NCBI GenBank assembly: GCA_039586795.1 | Contig: JBDHJS010000032.1 | Location: forward strand, 3,847-67,846 | Length of the DNA: 64,000 bases | Direction: 5' to 3' | DNA from: Gemmatimonadota bacterium | Lineage (GTDB): Bacteria; Gemmatimonadota; Gemmatimonadetes; Palauibacterales; KS3-K002 | Shown: positions 17,033-27,077 of the stretch, in pieces | Layout of the letters: every line of letters starts with the position of its first letter | Numbering within the stretch: position 1 is the stretch's first letter | Program-made: the position numbers and the translations under genes | The notes under the pieces: model-generated | What the model saw: only the letters and a program-made list of their open reading frames with translations | Databases searched by the model: none | What the model was told of the DNA's origin: nothing

Positions 17033-17264
17033 TTTCACCCCCCCCAAGTCTGAAAGTCCAATGGTCAACTTCCGAGTGCCAGTAAGGATAGAAAGCCGGC
17101 GTCGTGACGCAATAGCTTCACAGATAGCCCGTAAGTGCCCGTATCCGTCGTCAGTCTAGGGTGTCTGCCGACCGCCCAGGCAGACGATTAGAACTGGGTC
17201 GTGTGGGTAAGCTCCGGAGGTGCTCGGGTGTGGTAGAGTTGGTGGATCGGCTAGATTGCTGCTC

Positions 17265-18386
17265 ATGATAGCCGCCAGAATAGCCCCCTCTGTGGTCGTA
17301 GCCCCCACGGCCTTCAAAGGGACGATTGGACCGTCCGAGGTGGCCCGCGCGATTGCCGCGGGTGTCCAGGATGTCTGGCCGGGCGCTGACGTCGTCTTGC
17401 GCCCGCTGTCCGATGGCGGAAACGGGTTGCTCGAGGCCTGCTTGGCAGTCGGTGGCGGTGATATCGAAGAGCATCATGTGACCGGGCCGCTGGGAGAGCG
17501 TGTCCGCGCCCGCATCCTGCGACTGGGCTCGGAGGCCGTGATCGAATCGGCTGAGGCTTGTGGGCTCCATCTGGTACCACCTAATCAACGTGACCCGTTG
17601 CGTGCCACCACGCACGGTGTGGGTGAGTTGCTTTCGCGAGCTGTGACGGGTGGCGCCGATCGGGTTGTGCTTGGACTCGGGGGCAGCGGTACGGTGGATG
17701 GCGGGACCGGCATGGCTGAAGCGATTGGCTGGCGCTTCTTCGCCGAGTCGGGCGAAGAGCTTCCGGCGGGAGGCGGCTCGCTTGTGGGGCTCGCGAGACT
17801 CGAGCCGCCGGACCAGCCGCTCACGGCGCGAGTCGTGGCGCTCTGCGATGTGAGAAATCCGCTTGTCGGGGAGTTGGGGGCGGCTCGGGTATACGGTCCA
17901 CAGAAAGGCGCCGGGCCAGATGATATAATCAGGCTGGATCGGGGTCTTTCGCTATTGGCGGACGTAATCCAGAGCCAGTTGAATATGGCGGTGGCCGAGC
18001 TTCCTGGCGCGGGTGCGGCGGGCGGTCTTGGTGCCGGTGCGCACGCATTTTTGGGCGCGGACCTCGTGTCGGGAGCGGACTGGATGCTGGAGCGTGCTGG
18101 CGTGGGTCAACTACTGGCCAGCGCCGACCTCGTCATCACGGCCGAAGGGCGCTACGATGCGCAGAGCGGAATGGGAAAACTGACAGGCAAGGTACTGGAA
18201 AAGGCGGGTCAGGTTGGAGTTCAGGCGCTTCTGGTCAGCGGCCGCGTTGACGGGCCCTTACCACACGGTGTCGAATCGGTTGATGGTACGGGCCGGCAGT
18301 TAGCGGCCGAAGAGATCACCGAACTCACCGCGGTGGGTTGCCGGGCCCTCGCTGGTCGAGGTAGACTAGCAGATTCGGGGACATGA
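17265..18386 (+). CDS. glxK: glycerate kinase
   Basis: VVVAPTAFKGT at the N-terminus and DLVITAEGRYDAQSGMGK near the C-terminus, both typical of the glycerate kinase family. Confidence 0.85.
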   Translation: MIAARIAPSVVVAPTAFKGTIGPSEVARAIAAGVQDVWPGADVVLRPLSDGGNGLLEACLAVGGGDIEEHHVTGPLGERVRARILRLGSEAVIESAEACGLHLVPPNQRDPLRATTHGVGELLSRAVTGGADRVVLGLGGSGTVDGGTGMAEAIGWRFFAESGEELPAGGGSLVGLARLEPPDQPLTARVVALCDVRNPLVGELGAARVYGPQKGAGPDDIIRLDRGLSLLADVIQSQLNMAVAELPGAGAAGGLGAGAHAFLGADLVSGADWMLERAGVGQLLASADLVITAEGRYDAQSGMGKLTGKVLEKAGQVGVQALLVSGRVDGPLPHGVESVDGTGRQLAAEEITELTAVGCRALAGRGRLADSGT

Positions 18387-18418
18387 CAATCTGGCTAAAC
18401 GCGAACGGAATTGGATAG

Positions 18419-19729
18419 ATGGCAACTACTGACGTGATGGAGAAGATCGTCTCGCTGTGCAAGCGACGCGGCTTCGTGTTTCAGTCTTCTGAAGTCTACG
18501 GCGGACTCGGCTCCGTGTGGGATTACGGCCCTTTGGGCGTCGAGCTGAAGCGTAACGTGAAGGATCGCTGGTGGCGCGACATGGTGACGGCGCGCGCGGA
18601 TATCGAGGGTCTCGACGCGGGGATCCTCATGCATCCGGACGTCTGGGTGGCCAGCGGGCACGTGGAGGGATTCACTGACCCGCTCATCGAGTGCAAGAAC
18701 TGCCATCGCCGGTTCCGAGAGGACTTTGTGGAGGGGGACCAGTGTCCGGTATGCGGCACCAAGGGTGAATTCACAGCGCCCCGCATGTTCAACCTGATGT
18801 TCAAGACGTTCATGGGCCCGGTTGAAGATGAGGCGGCGCAGATCTACTTGCGTCCTGAAACCGCGCAAGGGATCTATGTGAACTTCCTGAACGTGCAGAA
18901 CTCGGCCCGTCAGAAGGTTCCGTTCGGTATCGCGCAGATCGGTAAGGCTTTCCGCAATGAGATAACGCCGGGAAACTTCATCTTTCGGACGCGTGAATTC
19001 GAACAGATGGAGATGCAGTTCTTCGTGAAACCGGGCACCGATACCGAGTGGTTCGACTACTGGCGGAATGAACGACTCGAATGGGTGAAGTCGTTGGGGA
19101 TCACGCCCGAAAAGCTGCGCATGGAACAGCACACCCGTGAAGAACTCGCGCATTACGCGTACGATGCTTACGACATTCAATACGAGTTTGCTTTCGGCTG
19201 GCAGGAATTCGAAGGGATCCATAACCGAACAGATTTCGACCTTAGCGCGCACCAGAACCGCTCGGGCAAGAAACTCGAGTACTTCGATCAGGCGGCCAAC
19301 GAGCGCTACGTGCCCTACATCATCGAAACGTCCGGTGGCGTGGATCGACTGATGCTCGTGCTGCTGGCCGACGCCTATCGCGAGGAGGAAGTGGAAGGCG
19401 AAACACGCGTGCTGCTCAGCCTGCAGCCGAAGCTCGCTCCGATTAAGGCCGCCATCTTTCCGCTGGTCAAGAAGGATGGGATGCCCGAAGTGGGCCGCAA
19501 GATCTTCGATAACCTGCGTGGACGGTTTCCGACGTTTTATGACGAAACCGGGTCGATCGGTCGCCGGTATCGACGCCAGGACGAGGCGGGCACGCCGTAC
19601 TGCATAACGATCGACGGACAGACGCTCGAGGATGATACGGTGACCGTGCGCGATCGTGATACGCTCGCCCAGGAGCGCGTGGCGACTGGAAAGCTCTCGG
19701 AGTACCTGACGTCGAAGTTGAGCGAGTGA
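18419..19729 (+). CDS. glyQS: glycine--tRNA ligase (homodimeric class II type)
   Basis: KRRGFVFQSSEVYGGLGSVWDYGPLG, LRPETAQGIYVNF, FRNEITPGNFIFRTREFEQME, and the Cys-rich insertion CKNCHRRFR...CPVCG. Confidence 0.95.
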   Translation: MATTDVMEKIVSLCKRRGFVFQSSEVYGGLGSVWDYGPLGVELKRNVKDRWWRDMVTARADIEGLDAGILMHPDVWVASGHVEGFTDPLIECKNCHRRFREDFVEGDQCPVCGTKGEFTAPRMFNLMFKTFMGPVEDEAAQIYLRPETAQGIYVNFLNVQNSARQKVPFGIAQIGKAFRNEITPGNFIFRTREFEQMEMQFFVKPGTDTEWFDYWRNERLEWVKSLGITPEKLRMEQHTREELAHYAYDAYDIQYEFAFGWQEFEGIHNRTDFDLSAHQNRSGKKLEYFDQAANERYVPYIIETSGGVDRLMLVLLADAYREEEVEGETRVLLSLQPKLAPIKAAIFPLVKKDGMPEVGRKIFDNLRGRFPTFYDETGSIGRRYRRQDEAGTPYCITIDGQTLEDDTVTVRDRDTLAQERVATGKLSEYLTSKLSE

Positions 19730-19736
19730 TCCCCTG

Positions 19737-20705
19737 GTGCTAGGCCGCTTGATCGCACTCGGGGCTGGCGCCCTCGCCGGCGCTTACCTGGTGAACCGCC
19801 ACCAGAGGAACCTCGCCACCGAGCCTCGCTCGCTGCGAGACGAGTCCGGACGCTCCCTCGAACCGTCGCTTGTCGAATTGGAAGGCGGCGAGTGTGTACC
19901 GGTCATCGATGTTGGGGAGGGACCGGCGGTCGTTTTGATCCCGGGACTGAACGGCGACAGCCAGGTCTTTCGTCATCAGATCCCCGTCTTCGCCCGGACT
20001 CACAGGGTCATCGCGCCGAATCTGAGGGTGGACTTCGACGGCGTGGCGCGGGACTTCGATCAGTTTGCGACTGATGTGGCTACGGTTCTGGATGCGCTGG
20101 GGGTACGGTCGGCGACACTGCTCGGTCTTTCCTTCGGTGGGCCGATCTGCATGCGTTGCGCGACGCTATACCCTGATCGCGTTGACGCATTGGTGCTCAC
20201 CAACACGTTGGCCAAGCTGGACCTGTCTCACGTCGGCCTCAATCGCACGCTGCTCATTCCAGTAGCGCGTTGGACCTCTCGCTACCTACCGGTACCGGTG
20301 ATGCGGAGGATGTCAGAGATCTGGGGTAAGTGGGGGGTCTGGGTATACGACCCTTCACCCGGGAACGATCGCATCATCGACTACGAACTGGAAGTGCCCG
20401 TCCGCGTTCCGATGTCGGAGGGCGGTGTTCGACTGGATACGTTCAAAGACCGTGACCTTCGTCCGGACCTCCCCGGCGTCGATCAGCCGGCGCTCATCAT
20501 CGCCGGCGCTTCCGACACCTACACTCCAAATGCGTGGCAGCGTGAGATCGCCGATCTGATACCGAACGCGACCTATCACGAGATCCCGTACGGTGGCCAT
20601 CTATCGCTTATCTCTCATGCCGAAGAGTTCAATGAGGTCGTGCTGGACTGGTTGGCGACCGCAGTAGGGGGTCGTGCCCAGGGGCAGCGCACCGAAACTG
20701 CTTGA
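19737..20705 (+). CDS. alpha/beta-fold hydrolase
   Basis: VVLIPGLNGD, nucleophile elbow GLSFGG and C-terminal GGHLS. GTG start. Confidence 0.8.
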   Translation: MLGRLIALGAGALAGAYLVNRHQRNLATEPRSLRDESGRSLEPSLVELEGGECVPVIDVGEGPAVVLIPGLNGDSQVFRHQIPVFARTHRVIAPNLRVDFDGVARDFDQFATDVATVLDALGVRSATLLGLSFGGPICMRCATLYPDRVDALVLTNTLAKLDLSHVGLNRTLLIPVARWTSRYLPVPVMRRMSEIWGKWGVWVYDPSPGNDRIIDYELEVPVRVPMSEGGVRLDTFKDRDLRPDLPGVDQPALIIAGASDTYTPNAWQREIADLIPNATYHEIPYGGHLSLISHAEEFNEVVLDWLATAVGGRAQGQRTETA

Positions 20706-22182
20706 GGACCTGAGATTGGCTTCACGTTCCGAAGTCTTCACGAGCCGTTGGGGAATGATGTTAGCCATGCTCGGCATGGCGGTGGGGACCGGCAATATCT
20801 GGCGTTTCCCACGGATCGTTGCTTCCAATGGAGGCGGCAGCTTCCTCGTCGCTTGGGTGGTGTTCCTGCTCTTGTGGTCCATTCCGCTGATCATCGTCGA
20901 GTTCGCCATCGGAAAAGCGACTCGTTCGGGTACCGTAGGCGCGTTCGGCAAGCTGATTGGAAAGAAGTTCGCCTGGATGGGTACCTGGGTCGGCTGGTGT
21001 GCGACGGCGATCATGTTCTACTACAGCGTCGTCATGGGGTGGTGTATTCGACACTTTGCTGCCGCGATTACGGGCGAGATCCCCGGCGCAACGCCGGAGG
21101 CGTTCTGGAACGGCTTCAATAGCTCGGCTGGTGCTTTGCTGACCCACGCCATCGCGATGGGCCTGGGTCTCATCGTCGTCGCGCGCGGCGTTAGGGGGAT
21201 CGAGAAGGTAGCCAGAATACTCATCCCCAGCCTCGTCGTGCTCGTCGTTGTGCTCGCAGTGCGTGCGATAACGCTGCCGGGTGCGGCGGCCGGCCTGAAC
21301 TTCCTCTTCACACCTAATTGGGCTCAGCTGGCGGACTACAGGGTGTGGCTGGAGGCGCTGACCCAGAATGCTTGGGACACCGGCGCCGGATGGGGCCTTA
21401 TACTGACCTACGCCATCTACATGCGTCGGAATGAGGACACGACGCTGAACGCCTTCGCCCTCGGCTTTGGCAACAACTCGATGTCGCTGCTGGCAGGTAT
21501 CATGGTGTTGTGCACGGCCTTCGCTCTGCAGCCGGACATCGCCACGCATATCATGGGACAGGGGAACGAGGGGCTGACCTTCATCTGGATGCCACAGCTG
21601 TTCGCGCAGATGCCGGCGGGTCGCTTCTTCATGGCTTTCTTCTTCCTCGCGCTGGTGTTTGCCGCGTGGACGAGCCTCATATCGATGATCGAACTGGCGA
21701 CCCGTGTGCTGGTCGATGCCGGTATCCAGCGGAGCCGAGCTATCTGGTGGGTCGGAGGCGTGGGTTTCCTCGCCGGTGCACCCGCCGCGCTCTCCATCGG
21801 CTTCTTCCATAACCAGGACTTCGTGTGGAGTGTCGGGCTGATGCTCTCCGGCTTCTTCTTCGCTTTCGCGGTCCTGAAGTTTGGTGTTCGCAAGTTCCGC
21901 ATGCAGTTCGTTAACCAGGCGGGCTCGGACATCAAGGTGGGCCGCTGGTGGGAGTGGGCGATCGTTCTCGTTCTCATCGAGTCAGTAGCGCTGATGGTCT
22001 GGTGGTTCTATCAGGCGGGGGCCGATGGCTGGAGGAAGGCGCTGGATCCTGTAAGCGACTTCAGCATCGGCACGGTGCTGCTCCAATTTGGAATAGTACT
22101 GATCGCGTTCTTGTTGCTGAATCCGTGGCTGGCCAAACGCTCCGGCGTGACCGAACAGCCGGCGCTGGAGGAAGAGGCCTAG
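20674..22182 (+). CDS. sodium-dependent transporter, NSS (SNF) family
   Basis: SRWGMMLAMLGMAVGTGNIWRFP signature and about 11-12 hydrophobic segments. The exact start is uncertain: GTG at 20674 overlaps the upstream gene, with CTG/TTG alternatives at 20710/20716. Confidence 0.9.
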   Translation: MPRGSAPKLLEDLRLASRSEVFTSRWGMMLAMLGMAVGTGNIWRFPRIVASNGGGSFLVAWVVFLLLWSIPLIIVEFAIGKATRSGTVGAFGKLIGKKFAWMGTWVGWCATAIMFYYSVVMGWCIRHFAAAITGEIPGATPEAFWNGFNSSAGALLTHAIAMGLGLIVVARGVRGIEKVARILIPSLVVLVVVLAVRAITLPGAAAGLNFLFTPNWAQLADYRVWLEALTQNAWDTGAGWGLILTYAIYMRRNEDTTLNAFALGFGNNSMSLLAGIMVLCTAFALQPDIATHIMGQGNEGLTFIWMPQLFAQMPAGRFFMAFFFLALVFAAWTSLISMIELATRVLVDAGIQRSRAIWWVGGVGFLAGAPAALSIGFFHNQDFVWSVGLMLSGFFFAFAVLKFGVRKFRMQFVNQAGSDIKVGRWWEWAIVLVLIESVALMVWWFYQAGADGWRKALDPVSDFSIGTVLLQFGIVLIAFLLLNPWLAKRSGVTEQPALEEEA

Positions 22183-22220
22183 CGACCGCGAGGTAGCTGC
22201 GACGGCAATCACCTCTGCCG

Positions 22221-23000
22221 ATGACACGAGACGCGAGCACAGGGCGGTCGACGCCCTACGAGATGGTTTTTGCCGGTGGCCTGGCCGATCAACACTTCGC
22301 CTCGATCTCGGAAGAGACGGTGGGTGGCGCGAAGCAGCGCGATGTGTTCGCACGGCTTGAGAGCGTTGCGGCGCTGGTTCAACAGTTGGTGCCGGATGAT
22401 GCTGACGCCGCAGCGTTTGACCGCTCACTCGACCTGATCTTCCATTGCTACCATTTCTGGAAAGCTGGCTGCCCCCTGTATGCCCTCGAGGACGGTGCAG
22501 TTCGTGATCTGATCGATAACCCGCCGGAGCTGTCGGCCTGGACGCCGACACCGCCTCACGCGAGTCTGTACCTGGAGCTTCCCCAGAATCTGTTGTGGGC
22601 GGCCGTGACAGAGGGGGATATTCCGGAGCCGGTTGAGGGGCTGTTCCTGAGGATCGAGGAGGGCCAGGCCGTCTCCATCCTGCTTGTCTTGGGGATGCGC
22701 CTGGATCGGCCGGGCTTCAGCGTGTCCGGGATCGAAGCGCAGGTGAGCGATGCCACTGACACGGACGAGCCGGGGGCCTTCCGCTCTGACATCCCGGGCG
22801 CCGATCTGGCCGGGCTATATTCTCTGCAGCGTCCCCTGGAAGCTCTGTTGCTAGCGCTGCGTGTTCTATGGTACGTCGAAAGTTATCCCGAGGCCGCGGA
22901 GTCGGTCCGCGTCGATATTGAGGCGACGTCAGAGAGCAACGGTGGATTGACGAACCTGGATCATCACATCGTGCGTCTCGTCGAACGGAGTCGCGAATGA
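22221..23000 (+). CDS. hypothetical protein
   Basis: 259 aa with GC3-biased codons. Stop overlaps the start of the next gene (ATGA). No motif recognised. Confidence 0.55.
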   Translation: MTRDASTGRSTPYEMVFAGGLADQHFASISEETVGGAKQRDVFARLESVAALVQQLVPDDADAAAFDRSLDLIFHCYHFWKAGCPLYALEDGAVRDLIDNPPELSAWTPTPPHASLYLELPQNLLWAAVTEGDIPEPVEGLFLRIEEGQAVSILLVLGMRLDRPGFSVSGIEAQVSDATDTDEPGAFRSDIPGADLAGLYSLQRPLEALLLALRVLWYVESYPEAAESVRVDIEATSESNGGLTNLDHHIVRLVERSRE

Positions 23001-24118
23001 ACGGAATCCGAATCTGCTCCTTCTTCGGTTTCGAAGTCCGCCTCGATCTATCCTGGTTTGTCGTCTTCTTTCTAATCCTCTGGACGTTTGCCAAGTCAGA
23101 GTTTCCCCGAATCATGCCAGGCTTGTCGGCTCTGGAATACGTCATCATGGCGTGGTCTGGAGCGGTGCTCTTCTTTGGGTCCGTGCTTCTTCACGAGCTG
23201 GCTCACTCTGCGGTCGCTCGGGCGCGACGCATTCCTGTAGAGGGCATCACGCTATTCGTCTTCGGCGGCATGCAACGGATTCGCTCGGACGCTGGAAGCC
23301 CCAGAGACGAGTTCATGATCACCGCCGTCGGGCCGCTGACCAGCGGCGCGCTTGCGGCGGCCTTCTATGGAGTTGCCAGGGTTGGCCAAGCGCTTGGAGC
23401 CTCGGTGGCGGTTACCGGGGTCGCGGACTACCTGGCGTTCGTCAATCTGATTCTCGCCGTTCTTAACCTAATCCCGGGGTTTCCCCTCGATGGGGGACGA
23501 CTGTTTCGGTCCATCGTCTGGCATGTATCGAAAGACCTAAGAAGAGCGACGCGTTGGGCCGCCTACAGCGGAAGGGCGTTTGGGCTGCTGATGATCGGCT
23601 TCGGTGCCTTGAACATGTTCCGCGGCTTCATCCTCGCCGGCATGTGGTTGGTGTTTATCGGTTTGTTCCTGACGCAGGCGGCGGAGGCGGGGTACCGGCA
23701 GCTGTTGATGCGACGGATTCTGGAAGGCGTACAGGTTAGCGAGGCGATGAGTCGTAGCCCGGAGACAGTGGCCCCTGACCTCACACTGAGGGATCTGGTT
23801 GACAACTACTTTCTGAAGCGGCGATACAACGCGTTCCCGGTTGAAGGTGAAGATGGCATGACGCTTGGAATAATCACACTGGCCCAGGTGAAAGACATCG
23901 AGCGAGATCTGTGGCCAACGACAGAGGTCACAGAGGTGATGATGCCGGTGTGTGACGCCGTCAGGGTGCGTCCCGGCGATTCGTTGGCCGAAGTGTTGAC
24001 CAAGCTCGAGCGTGAAGGAGTGGGGCGCGCACTGGTGATCGATCGAGGACACCTCGAGGGAGTCATAACCCGGGCGGACGTGGCGCAGTGGCTCGATCGC
24101 TATCAGCAACTTCACTAG
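22997..24118 (+). CDS. site-2 protease family (M50) metalloprotease with C-terminal CBS pair
   Basis: LLHELAHSAVAR (HExxH), LNLIPGFPLDGGR, multiple TM segments, and a C-terminal CBS-like tandem. Confidence 0.85.
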   Translation: MNGIRICSFFGFEVRLDLSWFVVFFLILWTFAKSEFPRIMPGLSALEYVIMAWSGAVLFFGSVLLHELAHSAVARARRIPVEGITLFVFGGMQRIRSDAGSPRDEFMITAVGPLTSGALAAAFYGVARVGQALGASVAVTGVADYLAFVNLILAVLNLIPGFPLDGGRLFRSIVWHVSKDLRRATRWAAYSGRAFGLLMIGFGALNMFRGFILAGMWLVFIGLFLTQAAEAGYRQLLMRRILEGVQVSEAMSRSPETVAPDLTLRDLVDNYFLKRRYNAFPVEGEDGMTLGIITLAQVKDIERDLWPTTEVTEVMMPVCDAVRVRPGDSLAEVLTKLEREGVGRALVIDRGHLEGVITRADVAQWLDRYQQLH

Positions 24119-24160
24119 TCGCTGTCAAAGCCATCGCATTCAGGGAGAGATTTAGAGACC

Positions 24161-24850
24161 TTGACCGCCGGTAAGAAACGGAAAAAGGGTACACCGGGGA
24201 AGCGAAGAGAATCGGAGTCGGCGAAACGCGATCGTGCCCTGCGTATCGTCGGGCGACTCTCTGAAGCCTACCCGGCGCGCATCGAGCTCGATTTCGAGAC
24301 GCCGCTTGAGCTGGCCGTGGCCACGATTCTCAGCGCCCAGTGCACCGACGCGCGAGTCAACGAGGTGACCGCCACGCTTTTCAAGAAGTACCGTACCGCA
24401 GAAGACTACGCGAACGCCGATCCCGAGGTCCTCCAGGAAGAGATCCGATCAACCGGCTTCTTTCGGAATAAGACGAAGTCGATCATCTCTCTTGCTCAAG
24501 CACTGGTCGATGTGCATGACGGCGTCGTACCTGATACTATGGACGCGCTCGTGAAGCTTGCGGGAATTGGGCGCAAAACGGCCAACGTCATCCTGGGATC
24601 CGGGTTCGGGATCAACGAAGGCGTCGTCGTCGATACGCACGTCAAGCGCCTGTCGAATCGGCTGGATCTGACCGGGCAGGACGATCCAGTGAAGATCGAG
24701 CGCGATCTCATGGAGCTGGTTCCCCAAGAGGAGTGGAATCGTTTTGGCCTCCGCATGGTCCTGCATGGTCGCTATACGTGTCTGGCGCGGAAGCCGAAAT
24801 GCGACGAGTGCCCGGTGGAAGATCTCTGCCCGAGCGCCGGCCAATTCTGA
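24161..24850 (+). CDS. nth: endonuclease III
   Basis: HhH LAGIGRKTANVIL, VVDTHV and the Fe-S cluster motif CLARKPKCDECPVEDLC. TTG start with a Lys-rich N-terminal tail. Confidence 0.9.
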   Translation: MTAGKKRKKGTPGKRRESESAKRDRALRIVGRLSEAYPARIELDFETPLELAVATILSAQCTDARVNEVTATLFKKYRTAEDYANADPEVLQEEIRSTGFFRNKTKSIISLAQALVDVHDGVVPDTMDALVKLAGIGRKTANVILGSGFGINEGVVVDTHVKRLSNRLDLTGQDDPVKIERDLMELVPQEEWNRFGLRMVLHGRYTCLARKPKCDECPVEDLCPSAGQF

Positions 24851-24891
24851 GAACTAAATGTGAATAAGCGGAAGTCTCGACGTGTAACGAT

Positions 24892-25497
24892 ATGTACAGG
24901 AGTGACGAGATGGAGCTGAAACGCGACGAAGCCCTCGCGCTGATGCACGAATACACCCAGAATGAGAACCTGCGGCGCCACATGTACGCCGTCGAGGCGG
25001 CGATGCGCGCTTACGCCAGCAAGTTCGGCGAGGACGAAGAGCTGTGGGGCATCACGGGCCTGCTGCACGATTTCGACTACGAGCGCTGGCCGAATGACGA
25101 CCGCAAGCCGGACGACGAGCACCCCAGCAACGGCGTCCGGATCATGAGGGAAGCCGGCTATCCCGAGGTCATGCTGGAGGCTATTCTCGGGCATTGCGAT
25201 TACACCGGCGTAGCCCGCGAGACCCTCATGGCGAAGACGTTGTTCGCTGTCGACGAGCTCACGGGGTTTCTCACCGCCTGCGCATTGGTTCGCCCCACCG
25301 GACTTGCCGGTCTCAAGGTGAAGTCCGTGAAGAAGAAGCTGAAGGATCCGAGCTTTGCGCGCGGTGTGGACCGTGAGGACTTGCAGAAGGGCGCAGAGGG
25401 CTTGGGAGTCGATTTTTCCGAGCACGTGCAGCTGGTGATCGATGCGATGGGCGAAATCCAGGGCGAACTAGGCCTCGCCGGCGACGAAAACGGTTAG
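24892..25497 (+). CDS. HD-domain phosphohydrolase
   Basis: LLHDFDYERW HD motif. About 200 aa. Confidence 0.75.
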   Translation: MYRSDEMELKRDEALALMHEYTQNENLRRHMYAVEAAMRAYASKFGEDEELWGITGLLHDFDYERWPNDDRKPDDEHPSNGVRIMREAGYPEVMLEAILGHCDYTGVARETLMAKTLFAVDELTGFLTACALVRPTGLAGLKVKSVKKKLKDPSFARGVDREDLQKGAEGLGVDFSEHVQLVIDAMGEIQGELGLAGDENG

Positions 25498-25515
25498 AAG
25501 AAGGCCGTGTGAAAG

Positions 25516-26901
25516 ATGAGTATCAGGACGATCATTGAACCCTTCAGGATCAAAGCGGTCGAGCCGATCCGAATGACGACCCGCGAGGAGCGCGAGGCGA
25601 AGATTCGTGCTGCGCACTACAACGTGTTTCTCCTGAGGGCAGAAGACGTTCTTATCGACCTGTTGACCGACAGCGGCACCGGGGCGATGAGTTCCAGCCA
25701 GTGGGCTGCGGTGATGCGTGGCGACGAGTCCTATGCGGGCAGTCCGTCGTACTACCGTTTCGAAGAAGCGGTTCGTCGCTGCTTTCCATTCGAGCACATC
25801 ATACCGACGCATCAAGGGCGAGCCGCGGAACGCATCCTCTTCAACGTGACATGTGGGCCCGGGCAGATCGTCCCTAACAACACGCATTTTGATACGACGC
25901 GTGCCAACGTCGAGTATAGGGGTGCGGTCGCGTTGGACCTCCCGTGCGTCGAATCGCGTGAAGTGGCGGAAGCGCATCCGTTCAAGGGTAACATGGATGT
26001 GGACGCCCTAAAGGACCTGCTCGAGAAAGAAGGTCCCGCGAAGATCCCACTTGTCATGCTGACCATCACGAACAATTCGGGCGGCGGCCAGCCGGTATCT
26101 ATGGCGAACGTGAAAGCCGTGTCCGAAGTCTGCCGCTCTTTCGGGATACCGCTTTATATCGACGCTTGCCGCTTCGCCGAGAACGCCTACTTCATTAAAC
26201 TCCGTGAAGACGGTTATGCCGATCGATCGGTCGCCGAGATCGCCCACGAACTGATGTCACAGGCGGATGGCTGCACGATGTCGGCGAAAAAGGATGGTCT
26301 GGCCAATATCGGTGGATTCCTGGCGACCAACGACGCGGAATTGGCGAGACAAGAGAAGGATTTGCTCATTCTTACGGAAGGGTACCCGACGTACGGGGGG
26401 CTGGCCGGCCGGGACCTGGACGCAATTGCCGTTGGGCTCGACGAGGTGGTGCACGAAGATTACCTGCAGTACAGGATCGCGTCGACGGATTATCTTGGCA
26501 GGCATATCTCGGCGGAAGGTGTGCCAATCGTACAACCTCCCGGCGGACACGCGATCTATGTCGATGCTGCTGCCTTCTTGCCCAATATCAAACCTCTCGA
26601 GTATCCGGGAATCGCACTGGCCGTGGAATTCTATGTCGAGGCGGGAATCCGCGGGGTGGAGATCGGTAGTCTGATGTTTGGGCACAAAGACCCGGAGACA
26701 GGTGCCAGCTTACCGGCGGACAAGGAGCTGCTGCGGTTGGCGATCCCGCGCCGCGTGTACACGCAGAGTCATGTCGATTATGCCGTGGAAGCGATTCTTG
26801 AGGTCTGGAAGCGGCGCGAAGAGATCAGCGGGTACAGGACGACCTACGAGGCGCCGTTCCTCAGACACTTCACGGCGCGGTTCGAGCCTCTAAACAAGTA
26901 G
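25516..26901 (+). CDS. tnaA: tryptophanase (beta-eliminating lyase family)
   Basis: EPFRIKAVEPI, DLLTDSGTGAMS, GGGQPVSMANVKAV, PLP-lysine region MSAKKDGLANIGGF, and the TnaA-like tail GIRGVEIGSLMFG...LLRLAIPRRVYTQSHVDY...LRHFTARFEPL. Confidence 0.85.
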   Translation: MSIRTIIEPFRIKAVEPIRMTTREEREAKIRAAHYNVFLLRAEDVLIDLLTDSGTGAMSSSQWAAVMRGDESYAGSPSYYRFEEAVRRCFPFEHIIPTHQGRAAERILFNVTCGPGQIVPNNTHFDTTRANVEYRGAVALDLPCVESREVAEAHPFKGNMDVDALKDLLEKEGPAKIPLVMLTITNNSGGGQPVSMANVKAVSEVCRSFGIPLYIDACRFAENAYFIKLREDGYADRSVAEIAHELMSQADGCTMSAKKDGLANIGGFLATNDAELARQEKDLLILTEGYPTYGGLAGRDLDAIAVGLDEVVHEDYLQYRIASTDYLGRHISAEGVPIVQPPGGHAIYVDAAAFLPNIKPLEYPGIALAVEFYVEAGIRGVEIGSLMFGHKDPETGASLPADKELLRLAIPRRVYTQSHVDYAVEAILEVWKRREEISGYRTTYEAPFLRHFTARFEPLNK

Positions 26902-26930
26902 CGGACGCTCTTCGCTAGAGAGGATATTCT

Positions 26931-27065
26931 GTGAACACATCAGCGATCGTAGCCATGACGCTCACGTGCGGTTTCGTATGGGGCGGATTCCTGGTGCTCC
27001 TCGGCTATGCGATTCATCGCGAGAAAGAGAAGAGAGCGAACGATCTGAAAACCACCAGCAACTAG
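26931..27065 (+). CDS. 44-aa single-TM protein resembling MetS-type small subunits of NSS transporters
   Basis: Absent from the ORF track because it is under 60 aa. GTG start with AGAGAGGA 7-14 nt upstream. Product is VNTSAIVAMTLTCGFVWGGFLVLLGYAIHREKEKRANDLKTTSN: one TM helix with a central WGG and a basic tail. Confidence 0.5.
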   Translation: MNTSAIVAMTLTCGFVWGGFLVLLGYAIHREKEKRANDLKTTSN

Positions 27066-27077
27066 AGAGGTGATATC

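Noticed and set aside
17062-17081. TGGCAC on the minus strand upstream of speH as a second sigma-54 promoter
   Set aside because: The -12 position reads TT instead of GC (TGGCACTCGGAAGTTGAC), so the spacing and element do not fit.
20761-21810. 349-aa minus-strand ORF, plus several 100-190-aa ORFs overlapping the NSS transporter gene
   Set aside because: The NSS signature and TM pattern on the plus strand explain the region. The alternatives are Arg/Pro/Gly-rich shadow frames.
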